This document shows positions 1-9,300 of a stretch of DNA of 14,325 bases, in pieces. A program made the position numbers and the translations under genes. The notes under the pieces were generated by a model. It worked only from the letters and a program-made list of their open reading frames with translations, made no database searches and was not told where the DNA came from. This DNA is from Azolla caroliniana (lineage: Eukaryota; Plantae; Polypodiophyta), in assembly GCA_043228905.1 (NCBI GenBank), contig JBHGNT010000878.1, forward strand, positions 1 through 14,325, in the 5' to 3' direction. The number at the start of each line of letters is the position of its first letter. Within the stretch, counting starts at the first letter, position 1.

Positions 1-746
1 ATGGATTGTCAACAATGTAAGCAATATTTCATTAATAGAATGATTGTAATAATTTGAAGATGTGCAAACAAGTTTTAAAATTTCATTGATGTGGTAGCTG
101 TAACTATATATATATTTGTATTGTATACATCTTGCAAGACAAATATGCATGAACTAGTGTCGATGCACACTATGCTTTATTGATTTAGTGGATCCTTATT
201 CATAGTTGGGAAGAGAGGATAGAATTATTTCTTCCTTGAAGAAACATACAAAAATTGGCCATTGTGATTTCCGCACATACATATGATTGAACGGTCAATT
301 ATTTTCCCCGATTGAACAAACTAACAAATAAATGAATATGGTGTCGTATTTGCAATGTCAATGAAGCTAACTAGAAATATGGTCAAATAACTAGTTAGTG
401 CAAGTGTAATATTTTCGTTTCACTGTGGCTTTTGGGTTTTAGTAGGTCTCTTCTCCATAAGTTTGACTACCTACATCAAGGGAAATCAGATTACTCTAGT
501 CCTCACATAGATATGGGATGGCGAGGAGCATTTGAGTACTTAAATAGGATGGGTAGGTCAAATGAATTTGGCAATGTCAATCAACTTTCTTTCTTGTTGG
601 GTCTCGAGTAAGCGTCTCCCTTCTGCATTTACTTTTATATTTTCTACTCCCACCTAGCCTTAGGCCGTTTTGTTAGGTACCATGAAGAACTGACTTCAAA
701 AGTATTAGTTAGAAAGCTTGACTCTTTGTGCCATCCTATCAATTAG

Positions 747-900
747 TAGTAATGGGCACGGTTTGGTTTCAAGGAAAAGAAATTGAACCATTTACATAAA
801 ATAAAAACCAAACCAAACCGTTTGTGAACTCTCAAATATTTATAGCAAACCGTTTAGGGAAAAGTTGAAACCAAACCAAACCATTTAATAACAAATTTAA
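747..900. mobile_element. Probable end of a non-autonomous hAT-like DNA transposon (TIR-like start plus AAACC subterminal repeats)
   Basis: TAGTAATGGGCACGG at 747 resembles TAG(G/T)GATGGGCA-type plant hAT/MITE termini. CGGTTTGGTTT (759-769) is the reverse complement of AAACCAAACCG (810-820), and AAACC arrays recur at 805-820, ~848-852 and 868-882. No matching second end was found. Confidence 0.4.
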
Positions 901-991
901 AGCTAGCCATTTAAATCAAACTAATTCAACGTTTAAATAAACAAAAATACATTAAATTAAATAAGCATTTAAGTTAAATTAAATAACCTAG

Positions 992-3833
992 CCACTTTGA
1001 ATATCCACTGGCATCCAATTGCCTTTTGGTGGTGTGAATCGGGGCAAGATCCCATGTCTCGTTCTTGGAGATTGCGTGCATCTCCTCATTCATCGCTTCG
1101 ACCCACTACGGGTCCATAACGGTTTCAGAAAGTTTTCCGATTCCCAAATTGTTGCCACCTTCATCATAAAGGCATAATGATATGCCATGTAGTCGTCGCC
1201 GAATCGGCTAATTGCATTCTTTTCTCGGGTGGAGCGATGTGGTGGTTCACTTGTCTTCGTGAACACTTTCTTGGCCCCTAGTGTCCTCATGCTAGGAACA
1301 TCCAATCCACCGTACTCACTGTCGAGTGAGTGAGCCAATTCCTTTCCATCCGAGTCTTCGTACTCAGGCGTTTTGGCCTTTCCTTTGTCCAATTTCGGAC
1401 TTGGCCGCGACGTGCTATGGTCTCTTAGTGACTCCTGTGATGCACTCAATTTGTTGAGATTGGACTCTCCTCTAGCATGAGACTTAGTTGATCCTCCTCC
1501 TCTGAGTCTATTATATCGAAATCAGTTTCTATTGGATCGGATGGAGATGAGTCGACTGTGTACCAGGATGCCGATTCGTCGAATACGACATCCCTAGTCA
1601 TGTGTACCGTCCTAGTGGAGGGGTTGAAACACGTATACCCCTTTTGTTCGAGTGAGTACCCTATTAGGATACATTTCTCTAACTTGGGATCTAGCTTTTG
1701 CCGCTTTTCGTTGGGAATATGTATGAATGCGATAGAGCCGAATATCCTGACGTTGGATAGGTCCAACGTCTTTTCCATAGAACTTCTCGTGGGGGGTAAT
1801 ATCGTGCACTCCGGATAGTTGTGCATTGATTCACTAGATAGACAACCATGTTCGCCGCTTCAGCCCAATACGATTTTGGCAGATGTTTCTCATTCATCAT
1901 CGCCCTTGCTACCTCGAGTATGTGCCGGTTCTTTTGTTCGGCTACTCCGTTCAGTTGAGCTATGTCGGTAAGTAAACTCCCACCGGATTCCTTTTTGTCA
2001 GAGGTATGCTATGAAGACGTCGGAGAAGTATTCTTTGCCACTGTCCGATCGAAGGCATCAGACGTGTCGATCGGTTGCCTTTTGGACTTCGTTTTTAAAT
2101 TTTTGGAAGTGTGAAAACACTTCACTCTTCTACCGCATAGGGAATATCCATGTGTGCTTGGAGAAGTCGTGGATGAATGTCACATAATACCGGAAACCAC
2201 TGAATATTGTCGTCTGGGCTGGTCCCCACACATATGAATGTATCACATCCAAGGTTTTTTTACTCATGTTCCTCTCCTTTGGGAACGATTGTCGGTGTTG
2301 TTTGCAGATCTGGCAGGCTTCACACACACCTACAATAACCTTCTCGGTAAAGGTCGGGAGTCCGATGACGACTCCTTTCTACAATATTCCTTTGAGCCTC
2401 TGGAGATTGAGGTTGCCGATTGTTTTGTGCCACAACTCTATTTCGGCGTTGGCTCTATGGCCCTTGGCAAACATTGCCGATTTCATCTCATGAGAATCAA
2501 GGATGAACATTCAACATTCTCTTCGACCGTGAGCAATAATTCGACCTTCTTTTTCGATGAAGTACACTACGTCATTGAAACAAACTTGCATGCCATATTC
2601 GACAATTTGGCTGACGAGACTAGGTTCTTCGTTATAGTTGGGACATGCAAGACGTTCTTGATGCAGCTTTGGTTGCCCGCTTCCCCGAATGGGACATTAC
2701 CGACATGCTAAATGGGGTGAATTGTGTCATCCCTTGTTTCCACATAGCTGGGTTGTTCGGGCTTTCACACTTCTTGAAACCAATCTTCATTTGACGTCAT
2801 GTGATTGGATGCACCCTAGTCGACAAACCATACATTTTATGAACTAGAGGTGCTGATCGGGCACAATGCCGTCATCGAATTCGCTCGTATGCCACATCAT
2901 GAACATTCCGCCACGATCATCATAGTCGGAATTTGAGGCGTGGTTAGTAAATTGTCGGCTTATGAAGGTCGACTCACTCTTCTTCTTCCGACACTCTACC
3001 TCATAATGGTCGAATTTGCCACACTATTCGCATTGGACATAGTTGTTTTGTTGGCTAGGTTCGACATGATTGCTCCCCCTTCTTCCAGACGTTCCACCAC
3101 GCGTGTTTGCAACGTCTTGATGGTAGTAGAAATTCTGTTCGCGGGGTTGTTTTTGGTTGTGATGGCCTTGGCCGAATCAACCTCTTCTTCCATGACTTTG
3201 TCCCCTTCCTCCATCCGAGTTCAAATAGAGCATGTGTCCTTCTTGCACATTGTTCCTCGTTCGAATGTGATTTTCTTCGACTAGTAGCATCAACTAGAGA
3301 TCAAAGAAGGAGGGAGGATTCTTCCTCGCGAGGACAACCGACATTATTGCGCCAAACCGGGGTGCTAGGCCACTGAGGCATATCTGCACCATTTCGTCAT
3401 CGTCAATGTTGATATTGATCGACCCAAAGGAGTCGCACAACTCCTTGATCTTCAAGGTGTGGCCGTCGATTGACAAATCCCTCTGTTGTATGTTGTTCAA
3501 CTCTTGTCAAAGTTGAAGCTTTCACACGGTTGTGTTGGCTGTGAATATCTTTTTGAGGTTCCCCCATGCCTCTTTTGGCGTTTTGGCCTCTCAGATGTAG
3601 TCGAGCATGTGATCATGGACACGGGATGCAAGGCAATACAACACGCGACTCACCGCTTGCTCCCAAGTTGGGTGGTTGGCATGTGCTGGGTTGGGTTGAT
3701 TTTCTTGTGCTCCTTCAATGTAGCTCCAATAGCCTTGACCAACAAGGTATTGGTGCATCTTGTACTCCCATGATGTGAAGTTGTTTCTATCGAGTTTCTC
3801 TATAGGAAGAGTGCTTCCCATCGGAGTGTTCAT
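992..3833 (-). pseudogene. Copia gag-pol polyprotein, broken by stops and frameshifts
   Basis: Gag N-term IEKLDRNNFTSWEYKMHQYLVGQGYW (3591-3833); UBN2-like LKIKELCDSFGSI..DDDEMVQICLSGL (3294-3500); zinc knuckle CE*CGKFDHYEVEC (2991-3032); protease WFVD*GASNHMT (~2795-2830); CEACQICKQHR and integrase IHSYVWGP..YYVTFIHDFSKHTW (2130-2327), LRSDSGKEY, NGVAEQKNRHILE, YWAEAAN; KLDPK..CILIGYS..KGY..TRDVVFDE (1446-1826); RT start WVEAMNEEMHAISKNETWDL..AIGCQWIFKV (~992-1106). Confidence 0.92.
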
Positions 3834-3982
3834 GTTGATGGGACTTGTTTGGAGCTAGTTTCATTCTTTTGTTTCACTTGATACGATTTGTGTAGGTTGT
3901 TGCTACAACGATCAATCGGTTCTTTGTGAACGTTGGTGTATACACAATACGTGAGGATGGGCTTGGATCAGCCTACCAATCT

Positions 3983-3993
3983 CTCTGATACCA
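3983..3993 (-). promoter_or_regulatory. Primer binding site (initiator tRNA-Met)
   Basis: Plus strand CTCTGATACCA = minus strand TGGTATCAGAG, directly after the LTR-terminal CA and upstream of gag. Confidence 0.9.
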
Positions 3994-3999
3994 TGTAAA

Positions 4000-4009
4000 G
4001 TGTGTGTGT

Positions 4010-4062
<53 letters not shown>
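4000..4062. repeat. (GT)n/(GA)n microsatellite, resuming at ~4267-4278 after the insert
   Basis: Directly visible: about 5 GT units, then about 24 GA units, with more GA units after 4266. Confidence 0.95.
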
Positions 4063-4065
<3 letters not shown>

Positions 4066-4266
4066 AGATGGATGTAGCTCAGTTGGTAAGGTTGCCCAAT
4101 GGAGACCAGGTGGTCATGGGTTCAACCCTTACATTCCACTATGGCATCTAGTGAATTAAGAGACATATAAGAAGTATATAATAGAGAGGTGTGGAAGTTG
4201 GGTTTCGAACCCATAACGTAGTGCTTGTAGTGCTAACAACTTTTACCACTAGGGTAAGATAATTAC
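4063..4266. mobile_element. ~204-bp tRNA-derived insert with two convergent tRNA-like halves (SINE-like/foldback)
   Basis: Plus half 4068-4139: A box TAGCTCAGTTGG (4075-4086), B box GGTTCAACCC (4119-4128). Minus half ~4191-4263: A-box-like TACCCTAGTGG, B box GGTTCGAAACC. Flanked on both sides by (GA)n. Confidence 0.65.
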
Positions 4267-4829
4267 GAGAGAGAGAGAAAACAAAAAAATTGTATTAACA
4301 ATTATAAAGAATGAACCAACCTTCTCTCTAAGTTCTCTCACTAGAACAACCTCTTGGGACAGAGGTGGAGTATTAACTACTTACTGAATATGTGTGATAG
4401 GGCATTAACTTCTATGACACACTAGTTACTATATGAGGAGGTGGGATGTTCACACACTTGAGCATCCTAGAGTGTGTTCCCACACAAGGGAAGTCGAGTT
4501 TGATTCTCAACAAAAAAGAAACCTAAAAAAGGAAGAAAGGATTTGAATAGGTCTTTGATCATCCAATTAAGATTGTCATATTAGACTTGTCTTGTCTTTA
4601 CGAAGCATAAGAGTCAAGGCTATGAACAAGATCACCAAGAACTAGAGCTCAGATAGAGAACATCAAAATTGAGGCAGAAACCCTTGAAAGCAAGGAGGAG
4701 GCAAGGTCATAGATGAATATATGCGGGCACGATCGAGAACGAGGGCATTAGAGCCATGGGCGAGAAGATCAAAGATAGAGGCTAGGCAAGATTCAAGACT
4801 GTGAGATTAGTATGAGGCGATGGCAAACC

Positions 4830-5190
4830 AGACTAGAATCGATTCGTTGACGAGATGAGATGAGGCCCAAGCCAGATTGGACAAGATTGGACCCCAAACC
4901 AAACAAGCTAGACTAGACCATACTCGACCCCAGACTAGACTAGACTAGACTAGACCAGACCAGACCAGGGAAGGGAAGGGAAGGCAAGGCCAAGCTAGAC
5001 TATATGACTCTCAAACTAGACTCGACTCAATTCCAAGACCAGACCAGACCAAACCATGGAAGGCAAGGCAAGGCCAAGCTTGACTCTCAAACTAGACCCG
5101 ACTCAATTAGAAGACGAGAGCAGATCAGGCTAGACTCGAATCAACCAGTCCAGACCAGATTAGATGAGGTCCCACCACCCGACCCGACCC
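4830..5190. repeat. Compound pentanucleotide repeat (CTAGA/CCAGA/GGAAG/GCAAG) with a higher-order duplication
   Basis: Runs of AGACT/AGACC at ~4932-4966 and GGAAG/GCAAG at ~4969-4994; block 4952-5032 is repeated imperfectly at 5036-5108. Confidence 0.85.
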
Positions 5191-5236
5191 TCATGACCAA
5201 TAGAATAGGAAGGAAGTGGGAAGAACCCACGTTCAT

Positions 5237-5507
5237 CCAATATGACCTTCTTCTTCTTCTTCTTCTTCTTTCTTTGTTCCATAGCTTTTTGATCCCCGGT
5301 CCATGCACTGCTCCTTCTCACTCTTTGCCTCTCTCCATTTCATCTCTTTTTCTTTCCTTGCTCTCTTCGAGTTCATCTTGTTTGCCGTACTCATCGCTTA
5401 TTTCGTCTACTTTGATCCTGTCTGTACCTCGTCGATGATGGATTCGGTAACAGATCTGTAGCATTCCCCCATCGATTCGTTGTCCACACTTACAGATAAA
5501 GAAACTG
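5237..5507 (+). promoter_or_regulatory. Probable promoter-proximal region and non-coding first exon of the DUF2045 gene
   Basis: CCAAT at 5237, (CTT)8 at 5247-5270, pyrimidine-rich leader, strong donor CTG|GTATGT at 5507/5508 and matching acceptor CTACTTTTCAG| at 6201. The TSS is not determinable from sequence. Confidence 0.5.
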
Positions 5508-5758
5508 GTATGTATCATCCAAGGGCAGATAAACTTGTTCTGAAGTTCTCAGAGCGAAAATATTGGTGCGCAAATTAGTAAAACAGTACCGTAATGCGGA
5601 TAAATCTGGACAATTGATACATACATATTGCATACGTACATACATAGCTATGTATGTATGCATTTGGATTTATCAATTAGAACACTTCGATAAAGGGATT
5701 CATGTATGTATGTGTATATTGTTTATGTATCATTTGGAAAACATTTCAATACTGACAC

Positions 5759-5803
5759 AAATTCAGATAACATTTATCCCAAAATTCAGATAACATTTAT
5801 CCC
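5759..5803. repeat. Tandem duplication of a 22-bp unit (period 23)
   Basis: AAATTCAGATAACATTTATCCC at 5759-5780 and 5782-5803. Confidence 0.9.
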
Positions 5804-6241
5804 GATCTTTGTAATAAAGCATGTGCATACATATAGACATGCATACACGCACACACACAATATATATGCCATCTGTGAAGCAAACAGAAGACAGTACAAA
5901 TTTATAGGTGTACGGCAGATATATATTATAAAGCAAATGTAAGTGGTGTAAAATTTTTAAGAAACTTTTACAATAATTGGTATCATTTACATGAATTCGG
6001 ACAAATTTACTCAACTTTATGCATAATGTGTCCAGCAAACCTAAGTACTCCAAACTTAAGAAAAACTTCTGGTAAGCTGGTTTCAAAGAAGAAAACCCTT
6101 CAGAAAAATGGCAACAATTTTATGCAACATTTTATGTGAAGAATCTGAGTGATCGGTCTTGCTTTATATATGATATGGTCTGGATTTTATCTACTTTTCA
6201 GAGGTTTTCTTCTGTAATGATTCCATTAAAGAATTACTGAG

Positions 6242-6312
6242 ATGGAACAAATTGTGGACAAAGAGCTTTGGCAATCGTCATCAAGGCCCTTCTTATACAA
6301 AACGCCTTCACG
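6242..6312 (+). CDS. DUF2045 gene coding exon 1 (MEQIVDKELWQSSSRPFLYKTPSR)
   Basis: ATG follows an upstream acceptor and in-frame stop; the 3' end is uncertain (non-canonical donor). Confidence 0.6.
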
Positions 6313-9300
6313 GAAAGTTCAGCCTTTTTTGTGTTTTTGCTTTTTTGAAAACCCAACAGTATATTGTTTTTATACACTTCAATATATGGCTAGTAGAAAA
6401 GTGTGTTTTTGTGCCCTTTCTCCAGAGATGAGCTACTTAGCATAGTAAGAAAGCATTCAAGTTTCCTGAAGAACCGCCTGGTCAGTGGTGAAGGGAATAA
6501 TGAAGAAGATGATGACTTGGACATGCGATTCTGGAGGGAATTACTGGACATGTTTTTTGTCAAGGGGATGATTGATCTAAAAGAGACCCAAGGTGATGAT
6601 CTGGTTTTCTTTGTCCAGCACGAGGTATTGTATTATTTTTTACCCTTTCCTCAAGATATATGTCAGCAGATGATGAAAAAAAGCCTAATAGTTAATGCTT
6701 TATGTAGGTTGATCATCCAAGTGACCATAATGTGCAACCTTATTTTGTCCGCAGATGGGCACCCCAAGTATGTCTTCGTCAATTCCGATGCAAAGCTTAA
6801 CTGATTTAATACATGTTGGATCTTTTTGATAACCTTTAACATTTCAATGCACATGTACATGTACTGTCCTTCACACTGGTGCAATAACCTCTTTACTTTT
6901 TATAACATGGCTATCATGTGTCTGCCAAACTTTGCGGCATTAAAAATTTCTATAAAAATAGGGGTAGGGGGATTCAAGGCAAGAATATTATTTGGAAAAC
7001 TCAAATTGGATATGGGTAAAAGTGTGAATTAATTGTCTCTCAAAAATTGCATGTGCTTAAATTTAAAGCCTTTTGGTTTTCATGAATCATACCATCATTT
7101 TTTGATGGATAACTTAAAGCTTTACAGAAATATTCATTTTTGATAAAACATTATCATTATATGTTTCATAAGCTTCTTTTGACACACATTTGGCTTATTG
7201 CACCAAACATTAGCTGGATATGAAAATTTGATGCTGTACTTCTTGCACAGCTTGAAAAGGTGATTGGTGATAGTGCAAATCAAGTGGATTGGCGACGCTC
7301 ATTGTATCTCAATATGATAGCTCACACATCATACACATTGACGGTCGCAATTTGCAGGTATGTTTTCATTATTTGGAAATGATCTGGTTATGCTTTTTCT
7401 GATTCGCTAAGCATATTTGTCATATGTTTGAGAAGGCGCGAAGCATTGCAGAATCGAAATAGGAGCGGAAACCCACAACTTGGTCCACTATACCAAGTGA
7501 GCAGGTTTTGACCTTGCCGTCATTGTTTTTGTTTTTGTTTACTTTTAACCACGTAGGTTATAGCTTATAAGTTATCCATCTTCTCAAGTAAACACTTCCA
7601 AAGGAATTTGAAACCTAAAAAGTTCCTCAAGAAACTCACCATTTAGGCATTCTAATCAGTGTGGTATAGCATTCTGATGATAGGATTACGGGTGTCAAAT
7701 CCACACCATACATTAAGTGGTTAAAAAAATCTATACTAATTGAGACGGACTTCTCTTGTAGCGCAAGATTGCACTTATATTTGTAAAAGAAATCCCTTTT
7801 CCATTATATTTGTTCTTAGAATTAAGGCCACAAAAGTGTCAATAATAAGAAAAGATACACCCGATCAAACCAAATGTCTCATCCTGCTGGTGTACTGCAA
7901 TGTCATTAGTTAAAACTTTGGTTTCCATCTTTTGAGTTCCAACTGTGCCTTGAATATTGAATCTAAGCATTTTTATTACTATTTAGGTCTCAAAGACAGT
8001 ATATGCTTCTCCAAGTAGGGTGAATTTCCACACAGACATGTCAAAGGTAATATATTGAAACCAGAATTATATTCATTTTAATATTATGAATTTAGGAAAA
8101 CCATTTTGGAAATAGCCAATTTGTATCTTGGTTAATTAATTTCTCTTATTCAGTAATATAAAATGATATACTTATATTCTCAATAAGTTTGTTTTATTTA
8201 CTAGGGTTTTGAGACTGTACCAGCATATCCAGATATATGTTTTATGGTTGATGATTATGATGACACATTTGAGGAAGTGGTATGTTCCATGTTCTCTGAT
8301 GATATGCATTGTTAGCAGTAATTAAACTTTTTTGACGTAAATTGTATTTTGCTTATAGTAAACATATGTTAAACATTGAGATCGAAAACAAAATGAACAC
8401 TATCAAAGATGAGAGGTTGAAGAATCATTTACTAACATTGCTATATTGCATTAAAAGAAGATAATGATCTACGAGAATCTAAATTCTGTCATATCCTGTA
8501 GTTTTTAAAATAAAGAGAGATATATTGAAAGGCAACCATAAGCCACAGTGCCTAGAGACCCAAAAATTAATGGGTGCTGACACATCACCATATAGCACAG
8601 CGAAACGATTTTCCCAAAAAAAGAGATTGACCATATTTTTACCAAGTAAATAGGAAACTGTAGATATATTGTTCTGCTCAAATGTAGTTTACGACTTCCC
8701 TGTATCCAGCTTATGTACTTTACTTCATTTGATAATTTCTAAAGAGATAGAGAAAGGCAATCTGATGGGGTGGAAAATTGAGAAGAACTCCATTCTCCAA
8801 TGCATGAAGCACGCATGATGTGTGAACTGTAACTAGCTCTCTTGTAAAATTTTATGTAGATCTAGGATTCCTTTGCTATAAGTTTATCTTAGTGCTTTCA
8901 GTTTCTTGGACAATTATAAACCATTATTTCATCTCTGATGTATTTTATCATTGAATCTTCTATTTTTAAATAGATTTTGGTAGAGCCAGATCATTGCTAT
9001 TGTGTGTTTCTGAATGCAAATGGTGGAGCTGCCTTTTCGCATGAGGATTCCAGAGAGCAAGTGAATAAAAGAATAAGTCCAGAAAATTATTTGCTAGGAG
9101 TGTCTCAATGTAGCAATGCTCCACAGGTACCAAATTAAGATTGTTCAATGATGGTAAGAATGCTTGTTTGGAATGATTGTCTAGCTCTCTCAGTATCATT
9201 TTGAATCTTGATCAAAGATCTCTGCAAGCAGTAGTTTTTTTGAGTGTTTTTCTTGTTTCTAAACGGTTCTCATCATACCACCTTTTTGTGGAATTGCTCT

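Larger units (their letters stand above)
992..4512 (-). mobile_element. Degenerate, 3'-truncated Ty1/copia LTR retrotransposon
   Basis: Copia domain order on the minus strand: LTR, PBS, gag, CCHC, protease, GAG-pre-integrase, integrase, SH3-like, RT start. RT breaks off at ~992; no RNase H, PPT or second LTR is visible. Confidence 0.93.
3994..4512 (-). repeat. 5' LTR of the copia element (contains microsatellite and nested insert)
   Basis: The minus strand starts TGTTGAGAATC at 4512 and ends TTTACA at 3994 next to the PBS (TG...CA). The outer boundary is inferred from the motif only, as there is no second LTR to compare. Confidence 0.7.

Noticed and set aside
1-990. 3' LTR and target-site duplication of the copia element
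   Set aside because: No similarity to 3994-4512 and no RNase H or PPT was seen; the element is truncated in RT.
1558-3778. Plus-strand ORFs (86-157 aa) over the copia body
   Set aside because: Antisense shadows of the decayed gag-pol with no recognisable motifs.
4068-4139. Functional tRNA gene
   Set aside because: The D stem (GCTC/AGGT), anticodon arm, T stem and acceptor stem pair poorly; the minus-strand half also lacks an acceptor stem. Treated as tRNA-derived repeats.
5004-5438. 144-aa ORF with poly-Leu/Ser
   Set aside because: Translation of pentamer repeats and CTT/CT-rich leader; low-complexity artefact.
5563-6086. Small ORFs in the leader intron
   Set aside because: AT-rich simple-repeat sequence lying between a good donor (5508) and acceptor (6201).
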